Program-made: the position numbers and the translations under genes
The notes under the pieces: model-generated
Seen by the model: only the letters and a program-made list of their open reading frames with translations
Databases searched by the model: none
What the model was told of the DNA's origin: nothing
DNA from: Chthoniobacteraceae bacterium
Lineage (GTDB): Bacteria > Verrucomicrobiota > Verrucomicrobiia > Chthoniobacterales > Chthoniobacteraceae
Assembly: GCA_031409655.1 (NCBI GenBank)
Contig: JANNXQ010000101.1
Location: 1-13,581 of the forward strand
DNA: 13,581 nucleotides
Direction: 5' to 3'
Shown here: in pieces, positions 1 to 6,540 of the stretch
How positions within the stretch are numbered: position 1 is the stretch's first letter
How the letters are laid out: each line of letters starts with the position of its first letter

Positions 1-1
1 G

Positions 2-817
2 GATTACTTCACGATTTACGATTTCGTGAGGGCGCATCTCAAATTCCAAGACCCGGAGTGGGACGGTCCACCAGAACCCGACGAGCCGTGCAACAAGTGC
101 GGGCAGAATCCCTGCGCCTGTGAAGTGACACCGCCCAAGCCTTGCGCCAAGTGCGGCAAGTCGCCATGCGAATGCCCGAAAGAGCCGTGCCCGGTCTGCG
201 GCAAGCTGGCGTGCATCTGCGAGAGGAAGCGGAAAGTGAAAGTGAAGCTGGCCGACGGCAAGGAACGCACCATCCAGCACATGACGATGACGACCTTCTG
301 GCATCCCGACGGCACGCCGATGTCCGCGCAGCAGTTCATGGAACTGCTCTTCGGTAAGCTGCCAGACTTCTTCCAGAGCGAAGCCGAACTCCGCGCCCTC
401 TGGAGCGCCCCCGACACGCGGGCCAAACTCCTGCAAGGCCTGGCCGACAAAGATTTCGGCCACGACAAGCTGGTGGCCATGCAGCAGCTCATCGACGCCG
501 AGAAGAGCGACCTCTTCGACGTGCTCGCCTACGTGGCCTACGCGATGCCGACGGTCACGCGGGCCGTTCGCGCCGACCATGCGCGCGTGTATATCAATTC
601 GCACTTCAACGCCAAGCAGCAGGCCTTCCTTGAGTTTGTCCTCTTGCACTACGTCATCGTCGGGGTGGGAGAACTCGACCAGGCAAAGCTCAAGCCGCTG
701 CTTCTCATCAAATATCACGGCGCCATTCAAGACGCCGTCGCCGACCTCGGACACCCCGAGGAAATCGGCAAAACCTTTGCGGGCTTCCAGAAGTACCTCT
801 ACCAAACCGGAGCGTAA
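2..817 (+). CDS. hsdR: Type I restriction-modification system restriction subunit R, C-terminal part (EcoAI/EcoEI_R_C-like); 5'-truncated by the window edge
   Basis: Frame is open from position 2 (DYFTIYDFVRAHLKFQDPEWDG), so GTG26 is not the true start. 'FTIYDFV...F.DPEWDG' and the downstream 'FW..DG.P.SA.QF...LFG.LP.FF..E.ELR.LWS.P.TR', 'SDLFDVLAYVAY', 'Q.AFL.FVL.HY...GV.EL' and 'F.GFQKYLY' match my recollection of EcoAI-type HsdR C-termini. Stop TAA 815-817. Confidence 0.88.
   Translation, partial: DYFTIYDFVRAHLKFQDPEWDGPPEPDEPCNKCGQNPCACEVTPPKPCAKCGKSPCECPKEPCPVCGKLACICERKRKVKVKLADGKERTIQHMTMTTFWHPDGTPMSAQQFMELLFGKLPDFFQSEAELRALWSAPDTRAKLLQGLADKDFGHDKLVAMQQLIDAEKSDLFDVLAYVAYAMPTVTRAVRADHARVYINSHFNAKQQAFLEFVLLHYVIVGVGELDQAKLKPLLLIKYHGAIQDAVADLGHPEEIGKTFAGFQKYLYQTGA
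86..223 (+). repeat. Three tandem Cys-rich peptide repeats (PCxxCGxxxCxC) within HsdR
   Basis: PCNKCGQNPCACE / PCAKCGKSPCECP / PCPVCGKLACICE; 12 Cys in about 45 aa. Confidence 0.9.
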
Positions 818-1019
818 TCAGGAGCATCCCCGCTGGGCCGCAGGGCGATCCCGAATGGGGCGGGCCTTTACCCCGGCCCTTTCAGCGATCCACCGAAGCA
901 GGCGGAGTTGCAGGACTTTGCCAGCTGCGTGGAAACGCTCTGCACGGCACTGACGTGGTAGCGGACCGGCGGCGGAGCTCAGCCGTCCCGGCGGTGGGGG
1001 CAGCGGGCGGCCCCAGGCC

Positions 1020-2291
1020 TCAGCCGGCGATCCAGCCCTCGATCGCCGCGGTGTCTTTGGTCGGACCGACGATCGCCACGCCGAGTCGTCCGCGATTCAG
1101 GCAATGGCAGGCGACAGCCTGGATGTCTTCGGCAGTCACTCCGGCGATGGCGCACTCGGCTTCGCCCGGGTCCTGGATTTTCCCGTAGCCGAGGAGCGAC
1201 TCGCCCATCCACATGATTTGATTCGTGGTGGATTCGAGGCCCATGAGGGTGATGCCGATGGCGTAGTCGCGCGCTTTGCGCAGCTCGTCGGCGTTGGGCT
1301 TCTTTTCGCAGATGACTTTGAGTTCTTTGAGGATGAGTTGCAGGGCGCTCTTGAGCTTGGAGACGTCGAGGCCGGCAGAAATACAGATGGCGCCGGCATC
1401 CGCGAGCGCGACCATGCTGGAGTTGACGTGGTAGCAGTAGCCACGTTGCTCGCGCAGTTTCTGGAAAAGGCGCGAGCTCATGTTTTCGCCGAGGATCACG
1501 GAGAGGAGCTTGAGCGCGTAGCGGCGCTCATCCGTGCGGCCAAAGGCGTGGAAGCCCATGGCGAGGTGCGTCTGCTCGGTATCCTGAGTGTGGATGCGGA
1601 CGCGCGCGGGTTCCCGGGGCAGCCGGGCGCGGGTGAAGCGCGGGTTGCGGCCGGCGGGGAGCTGGCGCAAGTGCGGGGTGAGTTCGGCGACGACGCGTTC
1701 GTGCGCGAGTGGGCCGGCCACGGTGACGATGGTGGTGCGGGCGTTGTAGTTCGCCCGGCGGTAGTCGAGGAAATGGGCGCGCTGGAGGCTGGCGATGGTC
1801 TCGACGGTGCCGGTGAGCGGGCGTCCGAGGGGGTGGGCGGGCCACATCGTTTCGGTGAGGAGTTCCTGGACGTGTTGCGAGGGCTGGTCGCGGTACATCA
1901 GGATTTCCTCGCGGATCACATCGCGCTCGCGCTCGATCTCGGCGACGGGAAACTGGCTGCGCAGATACATATCCGAGAGCACTTCACAAAGCGCGCCAAA
2001 GTGGGCCACGGCGGCCTTTGCATAGTAGCAAGTGTGGTCCTCGGTGGTGAAGGCATTGAGGTAGCCACCGAGGCCTTCGACGCTTTCGGTGATCTGGCGG
2101 GCATTGCGCTTTTTGGTTCCTTTGAAAAGTAAATGCTCGAGGAAATGGGAGATGCCGGTCTCCGCGCTCCGCTCGTGCCGCCCGCCCACCGCGGCCCAGA
2201 AACCCACGGCGGTCGAGCGCATGTAGGGCATCTCGACGGTGGCGATGCGGGCGCCGTTGGGGAGCGTAGTGAGACGGTAGAGGTGGTCCAT
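1020..2291 (-). CDS. M16 family (pitrilysin/insulinase-like, M16B) zinc metallopeptidase
   Basis: 423 aa; inverted zinc motif HFLEH in 'GISHFLEHLLFKGT', 'GGYLNAFTTEDHTCYY', 'EREREVIREEI'-like segment (ERERDVIREEI) and C-domain 'MSSRLFQKLREQRGYCY'. Confidence 0.95.
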   Translation of the reverse strand: MDHLYRLTTLPNGARIATVEMPYMRSTAVGFWAAVGGRHERSAETGISHFLEHLLFKGTKKRNARQITESVEGLGGYLNAFTTEDHTCYYAKAAVAHFGALCEVLSDMYLRSQFPVAEIERERDVIREEILMYRDQPSQHVQELLTETMWPAHPLGRPLTGTVETIASLQRAHFLDYRRANYNARTTIVTVAGPLAHERVVAELTPHLRQLPAGRNPRFTRARLPREPARVRIHTQDTEQTHLAMGFHAFGRTDERRYALKLLSVILGENMSSRLFQKLREQRGYCYHVNSSMVALADAGAICISAGLDVSKLKSALQLILKELKVICEKKPNADELRKARDYAIGITLMGLESTTNQIMWMGESLLGYGKIQDPGEAECAIAGVTAEDIQAVACHCLNRGRLGVAIVGPTKDTAAIEGWIAG

Positions 2292-2327
2292 TTAGGTGCG
2301 GGCCGCGCCCCCAAAAGGCCAGGGAGA

Positions 2328-2360
2328 AAACGCCAAACGCCAAACGCCAAACGCCAAACG
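2328..2360 (+). repeat. Tandem heptamer array (AAACGCC) x4.7
   Basis: AAACGCC at 2328, 2335, 2342 and 2349, plus partial AAACG at 2356. Confidence 0.95.
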
Positions 2361-2386
2361 AAGAGGACGGCAGGGCTCGCCGGACC

Positions 2387-2428
2387 TTTGGCGTTGGCAG
2401 TTTGGCGTTGGCAGTTTGGTGTTGGTCA
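2387..2428 (+). repeat. Tandem 14-mer array (TTTGGCGTTGGCAG) x3, degenerating; inverted relative to the 2328-2360 array
   Basis: TTTGGCG TTGGCAG TTTGGCG TTGGCAG TTTGGTG TTGGTCA; TTTGGCG is the reverse complement of CGCCAAA. Confidence 0.92.
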
Positions 2429-2435
2429 TCAGTGG

Positions 2436-3176
2436 TTAGGAGGCGTGCTTGGCCTTTGGCTTGGGCCTGGCTTTCGCTTTCGCCTTGAGCTTCTTCTTCG
2501 ACCGCAAGCTGAGCACGTGCTCAGCCAGCTCGAGGTCATGCGGAAAGGTGACCTTGAAGTTCCAGTCCTCGTTTTTCAGCAGGGCGATCTTTTTCCCGAG
2601 CTTCTGCACGGCGGAGACTTCGTCGGTCACCATCTCGTGCCGGGCCATGAGCTGGGCGTAGGCCTGGAGGATGAGGCTGGTGCTGAAGACCTGCGGCGTC
2701 TGCATTGCCCAGAGGCCGGTGCGCTCCACGCTTTCTTTCACCATCTGGTCGATGGAGGCGCGCTTCACCGTATCCGGGATGGGCGAGGCGCAGCAGGCCG
2801 CGCCGTGCTCGCGGGCGGTGGCGATGCAGGCCTTGATGAGCCGCGGGGTGGTGAGGGGGCGCGCGCCGTCGTGGATGGCGACGTATTCCGCGCCGTCGTC
2901 ATTCACGGCCTGGAGGCCATTCCACACCGAGATGTGCCTCTCTTCGCCGCCGCTGACGACCCGGGAGACCTTGGTAAAAGCGCCCTGGGCGACGAGCTTC
3001 TCGACCGCGTCCATGCGCTCGTCCCGGGTCACGATGACGATTTCATCGATCTCCTTCGTTTCCTGAAAGGCCCGGATGGAATGCCAGAGGACGGGGTGCC
3101 CAGCGAGGGTGACGAAGAGCTTGTCAAAGCCCATGCGGCGGCTGCTGCCGGCGGCGACGATGATAGCGCTTACCAT
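2436..3176 (-). CDS. ispD: 2-C-methyl-D-erythritol 4-phosphate cytidylyltransferase
   Basis: 246 aa; 'AIIVAAGSSRRMGFDK', 'GGEERHISVWNGL', 'VAIHDGARP', 'DTVK', 'QTPQVF', 'TDE', 'NFKVTFPHDL' are the IspD motif series. Confidence 0.95.
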   Translation of the reverse strand: MVSAIIVAAGSSRRMGFDKLFVTLAGHPVLWHSIRAFQETKEIDEIVIVTRDERMDAVEKLVAQGAFTKVSRVVSGGEERHISVWNGLQAVNDDGAEYVAIHDGARPLTTPRLIKACIATAREHGAACCASPIPDTVKRASIDQMVKESVERTGLWAMQTPQVFSTSLILQAYAQLMARHEMVTDEVSAVQKLGKKIALLKNEDWNFKVTFPHDLELAEHVLSLRSKKKLKAKAKARPKPKAKHAS

Positions 3177-3181
3177 TTCTC

Positions 3182-3216
3182 GGAAGGAGGACGGAGGAAG
3201 GAGGGAGGAAGGTGGA
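3182..3216 (+). repeat. Degenerate purine-rich heptamer array (GGAAGGA-like) x5 immediately upstream of the ispD start
   Basis: GGAAGGA GGACGGA GGAAGGA GGGAGGA AGGTGGA. Confidence 0.75.
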
Positions 3217-3276
3217 CCGTAGCGGGGAGTGGGACGGTCGTAGTGGGGGAAAGCACTTTATCTTTCAAAGCAATGG

Positions 3277-3729
3277 TCACTTCAACGCCGCGCCCACGGC
3301 GGCGCTCAAGGCCCGGCCATCGGCGCGTCCGGCGGCTTTTTCTCCGGCCAGCTTCATCACGGCACCCATCTGCGCCTTCGAGGTGGCGCCGGTCTCCGAG
3401 ATGCAATCCTTGACGAGCTGTTCCAGCTCCGCCGTCGAGAGTGCTTGCGGGAGATAAGCGGCGAGCACCTCCGCTTCCGAGGTCTCCTTGGCAGCGAGTT
3501 CCGGGCGACCGCCCTTGGTGAAACTCTCGATGGAATCCTGGCGCTTCTTGAGTTCCCTGCGCACGACGGCGGTCGCGTCGCCATCACTCAGTTCGAAAGT
3601 GATGCCCCCTTTTTCGATCGCCACATTCTTGAGCGAGGCCTTGAGCATGCGGAGGACGCCGAGGCGTTCGGCTGCGCGGGCCTTCATGGCTTCTTTGATG
3701 TCGTTGTCGATGCGTGCTTGGAAGGACAT
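3277..3729 (-). CDS. yqeY: GatB/YqeY domain-containing protein
   Basis: 150 aa; '[11 protein letters not shown]...[10 protein letters not shown]', '[31 protein letters not shown]', 'MGAVMK....KAAGRADG'. Confidence 0.93.
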   Translation of the reverse strand: MSFQARIDNDIKEAMKARAAERLGVLRMLKASLKNVAIEKGGITFELSDGDATAVVRRELKKRQDSIESFTKGGRPELAAKETSEAEVLAAYLPQALSTAELEQLVKDCISETGATSKAQMGAVMKLAGEKAAGRADGRALSAAVGAALK

Positions 3730-3739
3730 GGGGGCGGGG

Positions 3740-3767
3740 AGCGTAGCCCGTCAGGCAGGGGTCGCAA
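3740..3767 (-). promoter_or_regulatory. Putative sigma70-type promoter of yqeY (TTGCGA-N16-TACGCT), near-leaderless
   Basis: Minus strand TTGCGA (3767-3762), 16-nt spacer, TACGCT (3745-3740), 10 nt to ATG at 3729; no Shine-Dalgarno motif. Confidence 0.5.
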
Positions 3768-3886
3768 ATTCTTTCGCTGAGCCTTGCCAAACGGGCGGCA
3801 GGAAATCAGAAAGGTGGCTGTACGCAGTCAACCCTAGCAAAAACGACAACCACAACCACAGCAACACCACAGAAAGAAACCCTATT

Positions 3887-4309
3887 ATGAGCATGATGTC
3901 AGAATTCAAAGAGTTCGCCCTTAAGGGCAACGTCATCGACCTGGCGGTCGGTGTCATCATCGGAGGCGCCTTCGGAAAAATCGTCAACTCCGTCATCGAA
4001 GACCTCATCATGCCTGTCGTCGGCAAGGCGATCGGCAACGTGGACTTCTCGAACCTCTATTTCCCGCTCTCCGACAAGATCACCACTGGGATGGCCTTGG
4101 CGGACGCGAAGAAGCTGGGCCCAGTCTTCGCCTACGGCAATTTCCTCACCATCGCGATCAACTTCGCGATCCTCGCCTTCTGTATCTTCATGCTCGTGAA
4201 GGCCATGAACAACTTGAAGAAGAAGGAAGAAGCGAAGCCCGCGCCGGTCGCTGAAGTGCCCGCAGACGTCAAGCTGCTGGGTGAAATCCGCGACTTGCTG
4301 AAGAAGTAA
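3887..4309 (+). CDS. mscL: Large-conductance mechanosensitive channel
   Basis: '[43 protein letters not shown]', 'YGNFL...INF.ILAFCIF', '[11 protein letters not shown]'. Start is ATG3887 (or 3893/3896), not the track start at 3488. Confidence 0.97.
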   Translation: MSMMSEFKEFALKGNVIDLAVGVIIGGAFGKIVNSVIEDLIMPVVGKAIGNVDFSNLYFPLSDKITTGMALADAKKLGPVFAYGNFLTIAINFAILAFCIFMLVKAMNNLKKKEEAKPAPVAEVPADVKLLGEIRDLLKK

Positions 4310-4312
4310 AAT

Positions 4313-4400
4313 TCTGGGAACGCCGCCGTCCTCGTGCGGCATCTTCAAATCCGCGCGCAGCGCCACACCGAGCACCGTGGTGGCGCTGCGCATTTCCAGG
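4313..4400. repeat. REP/REPIN-like paired hairpins between convergent mscL and NYN genes (possible bidirectional terminator)
   Basis: Perfect 12-bp stem GCGCAGCGCCAC (4355-4366) / GTGGCGCTGCGC (4380-4391); small stem GCCGC (4322-4326) / GCGGC (4336-4340); inverted flanks CTGGGAA ... TTTCCAG. Confidence 0.55.
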
Positions 4401-4414
4401 CAGTGCCGCCAGCG

Positions 4415-4849
4415 CTACGCCCTCCGCCGGTGCTGCTGGACGCGGCGCGTGAGTTCCGTCTCCGCGTCCGCGAGGAGGTGGCGGAGATTTTCCGTGGAAA
4501 CGACATCCGCGCCGAAGCTGATCGCCGTCTGCCGCTCCTGGCCATCGTCGGTGGCTACCAGCAAATCGTGCTGCTGCGCATATTTCGCCACGAGCCGCTC
4601 GACGATCTGATCCGCCGTCTGCCCCGCACTGCTGTAGAAGATTTGGATCCCACCTGGCTCACTCGCCTCGCTGGCCTTCTCGCCTTTCCCATCAAAGACC
4701 GCCACGACCCGCACACCGCTCGCGTCCTGGTAGGAGGTGAGCAAACGGGCCACGGTCTCCCGGGCCGCGACGGTGCGGCGACCGTGCATCGCCCGCAGTT
4801 CTGGCCACGCAAAAATCACGCTGTGACCGTCCACGATCAGATAGCGCAT
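4415..4849 (-). CDS. NYN domain protein, YacP/Rae1-like (PIN-fold ribonuclease)
   Basis: From ATG4849: 'MRYLIVDGHSVIFAWPEL', 'VVAVFDG', 'IFYS..GQTADQIVERLV', 'LLVATDD..ERQTA..FGA'; four acidic motif positions typical of NYN_YacP; 144 aa. Confidence 0.88.
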   Translation of the reverse strand: MRYLIVDGHSVIFAWPELRAMHGRRTVAARETVARLLTSYQDASGVRVVAVFDGKGEKASEASEPGGIQIFYSSAGQTADQIVERLVAKYAQQHDLLVATDDGQERQTAISFGADVVSTENLRHLLADAETELTRRVQQHRRRA

Positions 4850-4938
4850 CGCGGCGGCAGGATGATTTGGAGGGTGATGAGTCGATGGACGAGTGCCACC
4901 AGCCACGAAGCACCGATCCCCCTCCCCCGACCCGACCG

Positions 4939-5103
4939 CTACTCCGAGACCGCAGCCTCAGCAGCCGCCTCGGCCGCCTTCTTCTTCGTCGCAGGTTTGC
5001 GCTTCACCGGCTTCACCGCCGCGGCTTTGGCTTTGATCTTCCGACGCTCGAGGTAGGCGAGACGGCGGCGCTTCTTTTGAATCTTGTTCGTTTGCTGGCC
5101 CAT
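4939..5103 (-). CDS. Small highly basic hypothetical protein (54 aa)
   Basis: MGQQTNKIQKKRRRLAYLERRKIKAKAAAVKPVKRKPATKKKAAEAAAEAAVSE from ATG5103; GC3-biased codons (AAG, GCC, CGC); fills the gap upstream of the NYN gene in the same orientation. Confidence 0.75.
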   Translation of the reverse strand: MGQQTNKIQKKRRRLAYLERRKIKAKAAAVKPVKRKPATKKKAAEAAAEAAVSE

Positions 5104-5127
5104 AAGGTTTTGGAGTTGGAGGGCGAG

Positions 5128-5156
5128 TGAGTAAGGGATGCATCCCTCGCGGTCAA
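5128..5156 (-). promoter_or_regulatory. Putative promoter TTGACC-N17-TACTCA with a perfect 14-bp palindrome in the spacer
   Basis: Minus strand TTGACC (5156-5151); palindrome AGGGATGCATCCCT 5134-5147; weak -10 TACTCA (5133-5128). Confidence 0.45.
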
Positions 5157-5225
5157 GCGCCACCCATGGATGATTTTGAACGCGCCGCCCGGCATCCTGT
5201 CGAAGACCGCCGTTAGGGGGGAAAT

Positions 5226-5269
5226 CCGGGCCGCGCCACGTGGGGACGTGCGCGGCCCGGCATTTTTTT
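5226..5269 (+). terminator. Intrinsic terminator-like hairpin with T-tract
   Basis: CCGGGCCGCG-C-CACGT-[GGGG]-ACGTG-CGCGGCCCGG (10+5 bp, one bulge), followed by CA and T7 (5263-5269). Confidence 0.65.
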
Positions 5270-5274
5270 CTGGC

Positions 5275-5302
5275 TTGCGCCCCATCGCCCCCGGCGCAAT
5301 CT
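5275..5302 (+). promoter_or_regulatory. Putative leaderless promoter TTGCGC-N16-CAATCT overlapping an inverted repeat TTGCGCC-N11-GGCGCAA
   Basis: -35-like 5275-5280, -10-like 5297-5302, 7 nt before ATG5310; inverted repeat arms 5275-5281 and 5293-5299. Confidence 0.35.
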
Positions 5303-5309
5303 CTGCCCC

Positions 5310-6404
5310 ATGCAACTCACCCCTTCCCTTCGCGCCCTCATCCTCGGTGGTCTCGTCGCCCTCGCTCCTGCGCTCCGCGCCCAGGAGCCTGAGAAGCTCA
5401 ATCTCCCGAACGCCATCGCTGGCACCATGGAGATCGATTTCAGGAGCCGGAAAAACATGGACGACAAAGGCCGCCCGCAAAAAGGCATCACCGATCTGTA
5501 TTCCGTGAATCTCAATGTCGCGCAGACCACGGAATTCAAAGGCGGCATCCAGCGCCTCCCGACGGTTGGCGGACTCCTCGGCTCCGGGCAGCGCGGGCAG
5601 ATCCAATATTCCGTGGATCTGAGCGTCCTGAACCCAGCGAATCTTGCGCAGAAGAAAGCCGTGGGCAAATGGGTGGGCACAGTGCCTATGGGCACTGACG
5701 GGGTGTATGCCGTGGACGGCGCCGCCGACAGCCAGCATCGCATCGCGGTGGATGCCATCGGCAAGGCGGCTGCCTTCACGGATAAATTTGGCGGCCGCCT
5801 CGTCGGCAAAGGCAAGAAGCCCGCAAACGCCGTGACCTACGTGCGCCAGCTCGCCGGCAAGCAGGTGAAAGTGGAGGTGAAAAACACCGACCCGATGCGC
5901 TTTGAATCCCTCGCCCTCGCCCAAGGCCCCTCGCAGAACTACCCCCGCGCCGTGGTCAGCGGCAACCTCGACTACGACTACGAGACCGGAAACTACTACA
6001 CCAACGGCATCCGCTTCATCTACCAGCAGAACGGCAAGGAGACTGAGGACATCATCACCGGGAGCATCAAGTGGGTGGAAGATGCGAATCGCGCGAGCAA
6101 CGGCAAAGGCCAGTACGATTTCAACCTGCGCTTCAACGAAGGCAAGGTCACCAAGGCCACCACCGAAGCCGATGCTTTTGCTGGCAAGAGCGACGAAGAA
6201 GCCTTCTTCGCCGTGGATAACACCATCCCGTCCCTCACCGGCACCATCACGTACGAAGACCAAATGAGCGGCGGCGGCGACAAGGCCACGGTGGGCCAGA
6301 GCAAAGTGAAATACGCCCTCAATGCTAATCAACTGACGAAGGTCCAGGTCATGAACTTCTTCAAGCTCTGGCTCGTCTGCGTCGGCCCGACCAACGACGA
6401 GTAG
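5310..6404 (+). CDS. Secreted/periplasmic hypothetical protein, predicted beta-rich
   Basis: 364 aa; Sec signal peptide 'MQLTPSLRALILGGLVALAPALRA|QE'; strong GC3 codon bias; many alternating-pattern beta segments; no family motif recognised. Confidence 0.85.
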   Translation: MQLTPSLRALILGGLVALAPALRAQEPEKLNLPNAIAGTMEIDFRSRKNMDDKGRPQKGITDLYSVNLNVAQTTEFKGGIQRLPTVGGLLGSGQRGQIQYSVDLSVLNPANLAQKKAVGKWVGTVPMGTDGVYAVDGAADSQHRIAVDAIGKAAAFTDKFGGRLVGKGKKPANAVTYVRQLAGKQVKVEVKNTDPMRFESLALAQGPSQNYPRAVVSGNLDYDYETGNYYTNGIRFIYQQNGKETEDIITGSIKWVEDANRASNGKGQYDFNLRFNEGKVTKATTEADAFAGKSDEEAFFAVDNTIPSLTGTITYEDQMSGGGDKATVGQSKVKYALNANQLTKVQVMNFFKLWLVCVGPTNDE

Positions 6405-6514
6405 TCTCTCCGTAGTGGAGTGAGAGATTTGCGCACGGCGCGCGTCCCGCCGCCGCCCCTCGGGAACTCCAGAGTTGGGAGCGGCGGTGACGGGGGTTCG
6501 CGCCCACAAGTGGA

Positions 6515-6540
6515 AAAATGCCGACCTCATTTTCAAAATG
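6515..6540. promoter_or_regulatory. AT-rich operator-like motif AAAATG-N7-CATTTT-C-AAAATG upstream of the FadL-like gene
   Basis: Three alternating half-sites at 6515-6520, 6528-6533 and 6535-6540 in otherwise GC-rich DNA. Confidence 0.35.

Noticed and set aside
2328..2428. Possible CRISPR array
   Set aside because: Units are 7-14 nt and directly tandem, with no unique spacers and no cas genes
1104..3413. Long plus-strand ORFs 1104-2132 and 2133-3413
   Set aside because: Antisense to the clearly recognisable M16 peptidase and ispD; no protein-family features
3488..3886. N-terminal extension of the mscL ORF in the track
   Set aside because: Overlaps yqeY on the opposite strand; MscL homology starts at Met 3887-3896
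4850..4938. Third heptamer-periodic spacer (G-rich half, then C-rich half)
   Set aside because: Periodicity too degenerate to support as a repeat without computation
4334..5056. 240-aa plus-strand ORF
   Set aside because: Antisense to the NYN gene and basic protein, and crosses the hairpin region
4415..5103. Type II toxin-antitoxin pair (PIN toxin with small upstream antitoxin)
   Set aside because: The nuclease is YacP-type rather than VapC, the small protein is basic rather than acidic, and the genes are 89 nt apart with no overlap
5161..5260. Known riboswitch (ZTP, c-di-GMP, fluoride, TPP, cobalamin)
   Set aside because: Only a superficial CCACGTGGGGA resemblance; I could not find the conserved cores by eye
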